DNA of 64,000 nt, from positions 96,001-160,000 of the IMG/VR virus record IMGVR_UViG_3300021387_000299. One strand, given 5' to 3'. Below are positions 28,171 to 38,520 of this stretch, piece by piece. Position 1 is the stretch's first letter. Every line of letters starts with the position of its first letter. This DNA comes from a virus. Lineage: Duplodnaviria > Caudoviricetes. Below the pieces are notes generated by a model. The model did no database searches. It was not told the DNA's origin and saw only the letters and a program-made list of their open reading frames with translations. The translations under genes and the position numbers were made by a program.

Positions 28171-29451
28171 TTATTCCATCTCTCTTTTCGTAGCCATAGC
28201 AGCTTTGATCCAAGCCGGTATCATATCATCTTCAATTCCCTGTTCATCTAAACTGAAAACTGTGTTACCATTTTGCTCTTCATCTTTTTCTTCATCAAGA
28301 TCAAAACTAACCTTGTTACGAACACAAATTACAGAAAGCTTCGCTTCGATATCATCAATACTGTAGTTGTCAATATTCTTAACTACATCCTGCTTATCTT
28401 CATCAGATAGCATGTAGAAACTATCAATCATTGCCTGCTTTTCTTTACGATCGGCCGCATTCTTAAATTCTACAAGTTTATCATAATCAGCTTTCATATT
28501 GTTGAACTTAGTTTCTAACTCTTCATAGTCAGCCTTTAGTTCTATATATTCTTGAATATCATCAAGATTATATTTAACGCTTTCGTCCTCAGAATTTTCT
28601 TCAGGTTGCTCGTCTTCCTGAACTTCTTCTTCGGTTTCAGCAGGAGCTTCTTCTGCTTCTTCTTCTGGAGTTTCTTCAACTTCAGGTTCTGCAGGAGCTT
28701 CTTCTTCTGGTTTTTCTTCTTCGTTATCTAAAACTTCTTCTTCCATTTCTGGTGTCTTTACTTCTTCCACAGAATCTGTCCCTCCTTTTATTTCCATCTC
28801 TTTAACTTCTTTCATCATAGATAAAATCTTTTCCTGGAAAGAAGGTTCAAATGAGAATTGCACTCTGGTGATTTGCGCACCCTCGAAGCAAGGTTCAACA
28901 TCCTCACCAAGAATACAAAGTTTAGAGATTATTGCTTCATTTATAATGAAAAAGCTCAAATTTTCATTATCATTTTCTGACCAAAAACCTTTTAAAGTAG
29001 ATTCATCTAATTCCATAGATTGATTATTACCCTTGGTAATAACTCTTTGAGTTTCTGGATATTGGCCTGTTCATAAATATCCTTCTGTCATCAAATATTC
29101 ATGTTCAACGCCATCATCAGAAAATTTTTGAAACCACACCTTTGGATTTAAATCAACAAATCCATAAGGCTGTGTAGTATCTTTAAAGAACCAATCTCCA
29201 TTGCGAATATCAATGCTTTGATTATGTGCCTCAAAGTCCTCAGTGTTTTCGTTATAATATCCCACAATTGGACAGCCCGGTAAAGTTTTTGCCATATCTG
29301 TGGCAACAGCTTTAGTAATAACGCTACCATTACGATTAGGGCTATCTCCTACATAACATACCTTAATTTGGCATTTTGAAATAAGAGGATTTAATGTTGG
29401 TGTAACATTGATAAGCTCAATAGGAGAATCTACTGCTATACTATTATGCAT
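28171..29451 (-). CDS. Prohead protease/scaffold protein, one TGA
   Basis: EGYL*TGQYPETQRVITKGNNQSMELD joins two track ORFs. N-terminal protease-like region (PNRNGSVI, LCILGEDVEPCFEGA) and an acidic coiled-coil C-terminus. Confidence 0.75.
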
Positions 29452-29464
29452 TATCTAACTCCTC

Positions 29465-31108
29465 CTATTTCATACTCTCTCTATTTGCAATTGTTTTGTC
29501 GGATAATTGATCATCATCCTTTTTAGGACGACCTGCTTGTTTTGATTCTCCACCTACCGCAGATCCTCCTCCTGTAGAAGTTTGCGAATTACCACTATTT
29601 GTTTTATTTTTTCTGCCCAAATTTTGAATATCTTCACTACCAATAGTAGATGACATCATAGGCGGAATCATAATTTCACTTAATCCTAAAATATCATTTT
29701 CGAAATAAGCGGTGCTCATGATTGTATTTTGAGAGTGTCCAAGAGCAATCTGCGCAAACATCTTACCATAACCAATTTGCATTTGTTCTTTATACATTTT
29801 TGATAATTCTTTATAATTATATTGTGTAGTATCTAATATGTAAAATCTAAAATTATATTTCTTCTTATTCTTGACTTTTCTCTGTACTATTGTATCAAAT
29901 AAAATCTCAAATTGCAACTTTAAGTCCCTCATGACGCCCTCATCTTGCAAAATCGAATTGGTCTGTGCAAGATTTCCATCCGAGTTAAATATATTTTTAG
30001 ATACGCCGGCCGCATTATATACAGTACGTTCAACTCTCTCTAAATCGTCATTATCAACATTTCTTGCATCCGATAAATCAATAGAATCAATATCCGCGAA
30101 TGTTGTAATAATATCTGTTCCAACAGAATGTTGTAACATCGCAACAGCATTATTATGAATATCTCTTGCTTCATCAACATCGAAAATTAAATCACCATTT
30201 TTATCTATTGGAAGTTTCTGCACAATAATTTTTAACAGATCTTGCATCTGTTTGCGGCGATCAAGATCCTGCGCGGCATCAAGATCAAGTAATGCTGGAA
30301 TTACGTTAAAGAATAATGGTAGATCTCCAGCTCCACTTAAACTAAATTTAACTGCATATCCAGGATCTAATAAGTATCATGTGCCAATATCTCCTTGGAA
30401 ATCTGGTTGCAATCTTCTTTCTTTATATAGCATATATCCTTTTTGGAAATCTTTAGGGAACATTTTAAGAACTCGCATTCTATAATTAATGTCCTTAAAT
30501 TTTTCATCAAAATATGCCATATTAAATTCAATAGCAGGAAGATTATTTATATAATATCTGCAACGGCAATATTCTGGAGGTAACTCTTGGAATAACACTC
30601 CATTCGTTCCTTCAATAATATAGCCATAGCATACTCCATATTTAAGAACCTTTAACGCAATATCACCGCATAATTTCTTAATATGAGTATTATCTAAATA
30701 ATCTAAATTTTTAAAAAATTCATTAGTAATTTTTAAACAGTCTTTTTCACTGTCCAAAACAGATTCATCATAGATTGTTGGAACGGTATACCAGTCCCAA
30801 CGATACATTGTTGCATAGTAATTAACAAGTCTTTGATAAATACCGTCTATTCTATAGAAATAATCTGAAATCATTCTAATTGAATGATAATCTCTGTCTA
30901 TAATGGCACGCATTACAGCACGTTTATCAATACATCTTCGACCATCTATTTTTTTATAAAATCCTAAATCTATAATAGCATCTTCAAGAGTTTTTATACC
31001 TACTTTAATTTTCCCATAGTCAGCGGCGCCATTCATATCAAAGCCTTTATCTCTAATGGCCTCTTGTCTATCCTTGTTTTCCAAAAGCTCCACCTCCTTA
31101 GCTTCCAT
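29465..31108 (-). CDS. Portal protein (~540 aa), one TGA
   Basis: GDIGT*YLLDPGY joins 30377-31108 with 29465-30247. Size and position between terminase and protease fit a portal. The real start may be the TTG of MENKDR. Confidence 0.75.
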
Positions 31109-31457
31109 ATGCTTTATTAATTATGTAATCGTAACTAATAAGATTTTCGTCAGTATATGGAATTTCTATTAATTTAATATCATGTAATTGACAAAATCTA
31201 CGTTTTTTCGCATCATTAAATTGCTGCTGATAAAATCCTTTTTTTCCACCAAATTTACTACTTGGTTCATAATGTTGTCTGCCTTGATATTCAATTAAAA
31301 AATCTATATTACCGTCATCATCAAAGACCGCAAAATCAAAACGAAGAGGTCTACCATTTGAACTATTTAATCCTTCAAATGATAATTCCATCTTAAAATT
31401 TAATCCCGCTTCTTTTAAAATTTCTTCTATTTTAATTTCTCCTCTACTTGCTCTCAT
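31098..31457 (-). CDS. PD-(D/E)xK / Vsr-like endonuclease-domain protein
   Basis: Motifs SRGEIKIEEIL, LRFDFAV, LIEYQGRQHY and KLIEIPY. Confidence 0.65.
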   Translation of the reverse strand: MRASRGEIKIEEILKEAGLNFKMELSFEGLNSSNGRPLRFDFAVFDDDGNIDFLIEYQGRQHYEPSSKFGGKKGFYQQQFNDAKKRRFCQLHDIKLIEIPYTDENLISYDYIINKAYGS

Positions 31458-31467
31458 ATTAATTCTC

Positions 31468-33252
31468 CTATCCTATATGTGAACTAAATCGTCATTCAGC
31501 AGCATTAAATTTCTTTTTCTTTTTTCGTTTACTGTCTTCAACTTGTTTTATATAATATAATCCATATTCAAATGCTGAAAATTTATCTTTCTTAATTCCA
31601 CGATTAGCTTGTTTTAAAATAATATTAACACCTTCATTTTCTTCACGAAGATTTAACATCTCTTCTTTTAATATAGAAGTTAATGTATATGGTTTTAAGT
31701 AATCTGCCCTTTCTTCTGGAGTCATTTGTTTTCCTTTAGATGTTCCTAATAATTTTGTTTTAGCAATTCTTTCATCAATTAAAAATTTAATTCGTCCAGA
31801 AATAAGTTGCGTTTGAACATTAGAATGTGCTTCAGTATTGATAGGTGCATTTGCTTTCATTAAATACATTGCATCTTGTTCTGTGCGAGGTGTTCTAAAT
31901 TTTTTATATTGTTGTTCAATATCTGGGGTAGTTCCACCAATAACGCCAAAATCTGGATATTCATCTCCAGTAATAGGGTCAACTTGTGATTTGACCATAA
32001 AGTCTATTAAACCACTACCAAGACCATTAGCGTCAATTACAATACGTCTAGCTTTATATTTATAGAATAGACGCTTTGCTCAAATTGCTTGGTCTTCAAA
32101 ATGCATATCACTTAGAATATACAAATTAACCAAAGATTTAATAGATACATCGCCATAGTTTTGCGGAATTACTTTAAATACAGTGATTACACTATCGCAT
32201 CCATCTTTACCAGAGCTTTGGCGCGCAACGTCCATTGATAAGATGTAATAACTTTGTGAGCTTGATCGACCGGAATATTCATATTCTGGTTTTTGTAATG
32301 CTCTATTTCTATCAAAAGCTTCGCCATTAAAGAAAGCATCCGCAACAGTTCCACTTCATTTAGATTCATATTCACGCTCAAATGATGCCTCATTAAACGT
32401 ACCATCTCGTTTAAGGTCTTGAATAAAGTTTTTATCCAATAGTCCGGTCAATACTGGAATACGGAATGTACCACCCATAATTATAGCTTTTTCAGGCTCG
32501 GTAATCATCCATACTAAGAACTGAATTAGTTTATCATATGCAAAAGTATTTTTATATCCAGCAGTAGTAACAAAAATTTGAGATTTATTTAGAGTCTCTT
32601 CTGGATGCATTGTTCCATCCATACAAAGTCTTGAAACGTTCATGGTAGGAATAATAACTTCAGAAAGAATCTGTCCATCAACGCCTACGCACTCTTCTAC
32701 AAGTCCGCCATGACGACGTTTACCTCTTGATTTTTCACTTGCCGCAATATTATCAAAGAATGATCCATTTTTAAACATATAACAGACATAGTCCTTACCT
32801 TCTCTTGTTCGACCAGGACTTCTATCTAATTCACGCTCAAAAGCTGGAACTAAAGTGCAAATTTCATTAACTTTTTCTTTAACAATACCCGCTGCCTGTT
32901 CTTTACCTCCAGAAGTAACAAACAACTTAGATCTGGGATAAAGCACGCAACGGCACATTAATACTAATACTGACAAGAATGATTTTGAATACGCACGGGG
33001 GAATACCATGTATACATATTTATATCGCATCGCCGCACGCAAGAATACTCTTTGATAAAAAAAGAATTTTAAGCCATTTTCGGGAATTTCTCCATCTCGT
33101 CCTGTTTGCATAAAATCTACAAACATATCGGGATATTCTCTCCAAAAGGCAATGTATTGTCTTAATGCTGGTTTAATAGCTTCAATTCTTTCTTCTGATA
33201 ATCCAATCTTTCTTCTATCTTGAGAAAGATTTAATAAATCTTGTAGAGCCAT
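31468..33252 (-). CDS. terL: Terminase large subunit (~594 aa), three TGA
   Basis: Walker A-like PRAYSKS, RGKRRHGGLVEE and FVTTAG motifs; nuclease motifs SMDVAR, VIDANGLG and KDKFSA. Junctions REYESK*SG, QAI*AKR and AAE*RF; stop TAG at 31468. Confidence 0.85.
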
Positions 33253-33254
33253 AA

Positions 33255-34505
33255 TTATGACCTCTTTTCTCCAGATAAGTTTAAGAAAATATCTTCATTT
33301 TCTTGTCTTAAAGATTCTTCAAAATCATTAAATTCTTCAAATTCTCCATCAGTAATATATTTTAAATCATCACTAAATAAAGCATCTTCAAGAATATCTT
33401 CATCACTTGCCGCATCTGCATCAGTTTCAGCTTCACGACGTTTATCTTCCTCAATTTGTTTAACCGCACTCTCAATAAGATTACCAATGTTGGTTTCTTC
33501 AGTAATCAATGATTTTGTATAGCCTTGAAGATCTTGAAGCACTCGATCAACTTTATCTTTTGGTGAATCTATATAATATCTTGGAATAAATCCATCTTTT
33601 TCGCACATCATAACTAATTCAGAAATTGAATCAACAATTTCACCATTTTCTGCTTTATTCTGAGCAGCAGTAAATTTACCACTCTTCATTAAGCTATCAT
33701 ACATTTTTTGCATTTTTTGTGCGCCATCGACATCACCAAGATCAATAAGCTGATCAAGTTTTAGTGAAGTCTTTGCCAATTTTTTTAGAGTGTCTTTATG
33801 TCCAGCTGTTTGAATGTCATAAGATTCCATAAAATCGTTATAGTATTGCTCTAATTGAACCCATTCCTCTGGTTTATAAGATTTTCCTCATTTAAGTTTT
33901 AAATAAGTTACATCTTCATCAGTTAAGCCAAGTTCATCCGCAGATTTAGAAGGTTCTTGGGAAAATTCTATTGTCGAAAAGGTATCTGCGCTTTCAGCTT
34001 GTTCAGGCTCTTCCGCATATACTATTTCTTCAAGACTCTTTTCCTCTTCTGGAATTATATTTTTTTGTTCTTCAATAGCTAAGGTAATTTCTTGAATATC
34101 TTTACCTTGACGCTCCATGCTTTCGCGCAAACGCTTTTCTGCAAGTTCTTGTAAAAATTCAGTATCTTTCCAACGATATTGTTTATATTGGTTTAACTTC
34201 ATTTTAGATAGATATCTACCTAAAATAGTCATACCAGTTACTTTACGTTTATCTTGTCCATATTTTGCTAAAAGTTTATTTCACTCTTCTGGAATATATG
34301 GAACATCTACTTCTTTTAGAATCGGCGTAAAAGTAGAAGCATCTCAATTATCGACATGCATTGTCAAACATTTTTTACAAATAGGAATAGTTCCGCCATC
34401 TGGATATTTTTCTAAATTATTTGATTGATAAAATTCTCCACGTTTTAGTGTTCTATGACATTTTTCACAATATATTAAATCATTTTTATTTGCTGCTGTC
34501 GCCAT
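33255..34505 (-). CDS. Zn-finger protein upstream of terL (terminase small subunit candidate), three TGA
   Basis: ATG 34505 after GGAGG; CEKC...CKKC; VDN*DAS, PEE*NKL and LKLK*GKSY join the track fragments. Confidence 0.65.
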
Positions 34506-34547
34506 AAACTACCTCCTTTATTTATTTTAATATCCACCTGCCGCAAA

Positions 34548-35600
34548 TTATTGTTTTTTGCCCTTTTTATTGCGGCATTCTTTACAAATACTATAGTAAC
34601 CATCTTTGCTAGTTTTATTTTTACTAAAATATTTATTATGAGCTAATTTAATTTGACCGCATCGAGAACATTTCTTATATGTTCCTTTTTCCTCGTTTAA
34701 ATAATATCAATTTAAAAAATCATCCTCTGCCGCTGAAGCTATCAGATTGGGAATCTTTTTTCGCCATAAAGATGAAATATATTCAAGGCTATGACGAATG
34801 CCAAATTCCTCTTGAATAATATCTCGTATTTCCGCATTTTGTAAGCCATCTATTTTGCATTCAACGATTCGATAATATAAAGGATGATCTTTAAGTGCCG
34901 CCGCACTTATTTTATCGAACTCCTCCATGAGGTATCACGTATCACTAAAGAAATCACCCCATGAACGCTCTTTTAATTTTGAGTAATTACATAAAATGAT
35001 AGAGCAGATATTCGGATCCATTAGCGACACTCCAGAAGGAACAGGATATCCATCCTCATCCCAAGAGATCTCTTCTGGTAATGTTGTGTAATGTTCTGAA
35101 TGAACTAGATGCATGGCCTGTACGGGAGGTTTATATGCTTGTTTTATTACATATTGATCTTTGCGGGTTTCTATTAAAGCCTTCTTGGCGATATATGTAT
35201 CTCGTCCTTCCGACTGCCGCACGATCTTATCCCATGCTGCGATTGCGCCATCTGTTTGTGCTAATTCTGGTATATCTTCTCTATCTTTTTTAGTTATTGA
35301 AATCTTAGGTTGCATTATTATATGTTTATTATCTGTAGTTATATTATAGACGCCATCTTCGCCATTTTCAAATTGGGAAACCAAGCCTTCATAAGAGGTT
35401 TCTCTCTTATTCACTGTAGCCAAACGGTTTTCGGTAAGAATTTTTTTCTCCTTTTTCTCTTCTTTCTCCATACAAAAGACTAGATAGTCAGCTAGAATTT
35501 CAAGATAACTAGGGTCAGGATTAGGATTTTCCTCTAGTATTTTGTTAACTACTTCTAATCTTTCTTGGGGAGAGTCTAAACTATAATCTAATTTAGTCAC
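34548..35600 (-). CDS. First gene of the late module, with C-terminal HTH-like and Zn-finger region, two TGA
   Basis: GTG start after GGAGG; FSDT*YLMEEF and DFLN*YYLNEEKGTYKKCSRC...ICKEC; TAA at 34548. Confidence 0.7.
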
Positions 35601-35635
35601 TAATTCTTCCTCCGAAAGTTTCCTTTACAATTGTA

Positions 35636-35665
35636 ATTATACCAGAAATTTTCTATAGTTGTCAA
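35636..35665 (-). promoter_or_regulatory. Sigma-A-type promoter heading the morphogenesis module
   Basis: Minus strand reads TTGACA-18 nt-TATAAT with an extended TG. Confidence 0.7.
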
Positions 35666-35714
35666 ATAAATAATTTTTTGATATAATATTTTATATAAAG
35701 AAAGGGATAATATT

Positions 35715-35858
35715 ATGGATAATTTTAATGAAATCATGGCACTTATTTGTATGGTTACTGCTATGATTATGCTATGTTGTAAACAAGCACAATATGCAAC
35801 TTATTTTATAGCATTGGCAGTATATTATAAAGTAGATTCACTAAAACAGAAGCAATAA
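35715..35858 (+). CDS. Small hydrophobic protein
   Basis: RBS, ATG, 47 aa hydrophobic, TAA. Confidence 0.5.
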   Translation: MDNFNEIMALICMVTAMIMLCCKQAQYATYFIALAVYYKVDSLKQKQ

Positions 35859-35875
35859 AAGGAGAAAATTTATTT

Positions 35876-36154
35876 ATGTTAATGACAATTTATTGGTATG
35901 GCGTATTAGCTTATATTATTGGAGTTATTTTAGTTTGTGTTAGAATAATTTATGATGAAAGATGGAGAAATTTTTTAGCTACCTATACAGGTGATGGTGG
36001 TGAAAATCTTAATGTTATAAAAGTAATTGTGTCAGGAATGATCCCTATTCTTCATTGGCTTTATGCAATTGGGTTCATTTGGATTTTCTTAAATGATAAT
36101 GAATGGAATGAAATTTCAGATAAGATTATAGGACAGGATAATAATGAACGATAA
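35876..36154 (+). CDS. Two-TM membrane protein
   Basis: AGGAG RBS and two hydrophobic segments. Confidence 0.6.
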   Translation: MLMTIYWYGVLAYIIGVILVCVRIIYDERWRNFLATYTGDGGENLNVIKVIVSGMIPILHWLYAIGFIWIFLNDNEWNEISDKIIGQDNNER

Positions 36155-36674
36155 AGTAAAAGTTTTTATAAAAAATTGGAAAGATGAGTTGCGGTCCCAG
36201 GTTCAACCGATCGTTAAAGCGGGCAAGCGCAAACCAACTATTACGATTATTAGAATTGGGGATACGCCAGATAGTGGAATGGTAGAGGTTGCTAAAGATA
36301 TTGGATTCATTGGAGATCTTTATCAAATTCCAATAGATAGTGGAATTACGCAAGAAGATTTAATGAATTTAGTTTTGCAATGCGATACCGATGAGGTTTA
36401 TGTAGAGGAACCGTTGCCGGACGGTTTTAGTAATCCGGTATTTACTGGAGAGTATGTAAAAGAAGGAATTCTTATTTTCCTAAAATCCCTAAATATAGAC
36501 CCCTCTGTCAGTAAAGTGATAATTGGATTTCAAATTTTAGCTGCGGCCGAGGGGTATGAGGTGCAGATAGGAGAAGAGGTTTTAAGCGGAGAAGATGTTA
36601 AGCTGTTGGAACAAATGGCGGTGTTAGAGAGCGGAATTAAATATTGGCAAGAGAGCGAGAACGAGAGCAAGTAA
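36144..36674 (+). CDS. Degenerate FolD-like (THF dehydrogenase/cyclohydrolase N-domain-like) protein
   Basis: KPTITIIRIGDTPDS...ITQEDLMNLV...VYVEEPLP resembles the FolD pattern PxLAVILVGDDPAS...TEEELL...ILVQLPLP. Confidence 0.45.
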   Translation: MNDKVKVFIKNWKDELRSQVQPIVKAGKRKPTITIIRIGDTPDSGMVEVAKDIGFIGDLYQIPIDSGITQEDLMNLVLQCDTDEVYVEEPLPDGFSNPVFTGEYVKEGILIFLKSLNIDPSVSKVIIGFQILAAAEGYEVQIGEEVLSGEDVKLLEQMAVLESGIKYWQESENESK

Positions 36675-37266
36675 TTGCTCTTTTTTTTTCGTGTTTGGGA
36701 TGGAAAAGAGTTTTAGTGGGAGGGATGGGGAGGCATAATCGCTGAGTTAGTTCAAACTAACTAACTTCCCAAAAACCAGCCCCCGTCTATATTTTTCGAT
36801 TGATAAAAATTTCACAAGTACGCCTATAGGCTCTCCCGCTGATCATGAACAAACGGAACAATCAACCGCGCCCGCCTCCCGCAAAATTTTACAAAATACA
36901 GGAAATGTAAAAGTTGCAAAAAAATTCAATTTGGGGCTTGCAATGGTCAAAGAAATGAGTATCATAATAGATGTAAGCACAAAAGGTGCTTAGAACAAAA
37001 AGGAGACAAAGAAAATGAAAAACAATGAAACACTTTACACACTGACAGTTTTCTATCGTGATGAATCCACCTATACATCAAATGTATCCTATCGCACGCA
37101 TGCCTATCAGTTTACTAGCTTGCACGGCCTCCATTCTGCTATGGATTGCGCAATGAGTACCGCAAGAGACTTAACTAGTCAGTATACAAAAGAGCGTGTC
37201 TATAACATGCGTGTTCGTAAGACTGTCATTTTCCGCTAAAACTGAAAACATTGTGAAACATCACAA

Positions 37267-37282
37267 TGTTTCACGTGAAACA
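37267..37282. promoter_or_regulatory. parS: parS site 1
   Basis: Perfect palindrome TGTTTCACGTGAAACA matching the Firmicutes Spo0J/ParB consensus TGTTNCACGTGAAACA. Confidence 0.85.
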
Positions 37283-37301
37283 ATCAGTAAAACGCATTGA
37301 T

Positions 37302-37317
37302 TGTTTCACGTGAAACA
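37302..37317. promoter_or_regulatory. parS: parS site 2
   Basis: Second perfect TGTTTCACGTGAAACA, 19 bp after the first. Confidence 0.85.
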
Positions 37318-37805
37318 ATGCGATACACAAAAAGAAGGGAAGGTAAACACATGAAACATTACAGCATGACCAAAGCTATGACATTGTATCACATTAACAA
37401 CTACGCAACATCCTACACGATAGGTTTTGTCTACGATAGCAGAGTGTATGCTATCTCATTGACCAAAGTACCTAACAGGTGGCTGTATTGGATGTATAAC
37501 GGTAGTCAGTGGGTTGTGCGCATGCGCATTGCACAAGCCGAAAAGATTAAGCTTATTAAAAAGGCGGGCTGTATCTGTTTAGGCAATGAAGCGGAGTTAT
37601 TCAGCAAAGAATCTATCTACAACAAAGGCGATCAGTTTGAGGGCATCATCTACGAAGCTATGACAGGCAAAACATGGCACAAAGATTCAACGCCATGGTG
37701 GAATGGTGCAGACATTGAGACAGCAGGTGCTAGAGTGCAGGTAAAGTTTAACGGTGCAACTGTTGTCAAGATGAATCAGTTGATCAAATACGCATGACTC
37801 ACACG

Positions 37806-38520
37806 GTGAAGCGATAACACCATAACAACACTAATCTATTGAAAAGGAGAAAAATATCATGAAAAGAATCATCACTGTATCAGAACTGAAAAGACAGCTT
37901 GAAGAGTTTGAAAAGATGGGTTGGGGCGATGCTGTCGTATGGTATCGTGACGAGCAGAGCATGGATTACCAGCTTGAAGAAGGCGTATGGGATTGTGACG
38001 ATGATCCCAAGTATGGCAAAGCCATTGCATTAGCGTAAAGCTTAACTAGTGAAGCGATAACACTTAAAACACTAACTTATTATGAAAGAGAGGAAAATAT
38101 CATGGAAAAAAACGCTGTAAACATCACTATTAAGAGCACAAAAGTAGGAGTCAGAGGACTTTACAAACTCAAGAAGGCTATTAAATCAGATTTTGAAGCT
38201 TTCACTTCACTGTCCCCGATTAACTGCACAACTGAATGGAATAACTACTATGTTATCTGTCATGTCAACAACCTCTTTGACTTCTCTGACATCTATGATG
38301 ATGAGACAGCTAACGAAAGGCTTGAGTCTGAAAGAGTCGCAGAATACACTCTTGAAAGATATTATGGGGATATGGTTGTCTGTATCACTCTTACTCTTGG
38401 ATACTCACACAATGAATTGATTATTACAAATCTCAATGTTGATACTGTGATGTATGCCGGAAGCCACATGCTCACATTAGATTAACACTTCAAGGTGAAG
38501 CGATAACACCTAAAACACTA
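37806..38520 (+). repeat. Three intergenic copies of GTGAAGCGATAACAC...AACACTA
   Basis: Exact 15-mers at 37806, 38049 and 38495, each just after a stop codon. Confidence 0.85.

Larger units (their letters stand above)
37015..38485 (+). other. Operon of four small hypothetical genes (37015-37239, 37351-37797, 37859-38038, 38102-38485)
   Basis: Each has an RBS and ATG; one sigma-A-like promoter at ~36937-36968. Separated by parS sites and the GTGAAGCGATAACAC motif. Confidence 0.7.

Noticed and set aside
739-35349. Plus-strand ORFs in the late module, and ORFs spanning promoter/hairpin elements in the early region (e.g. 46464-46853, 47743-48237, 55463-55900)
   Set aside because: They are shadow frames antisense to real genes or cross regulatory repeats, with no RBS and implausible composition.
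1-35600. Fragmented structural ORFs interpreted as pseudogenes or sequencing errors
   Set aside because: The breaks checked are all TGA, fragments stay in one frame over kilobases, and no frameshifts or internal TAA/TAG were seen. Recoding explains this better than decay.
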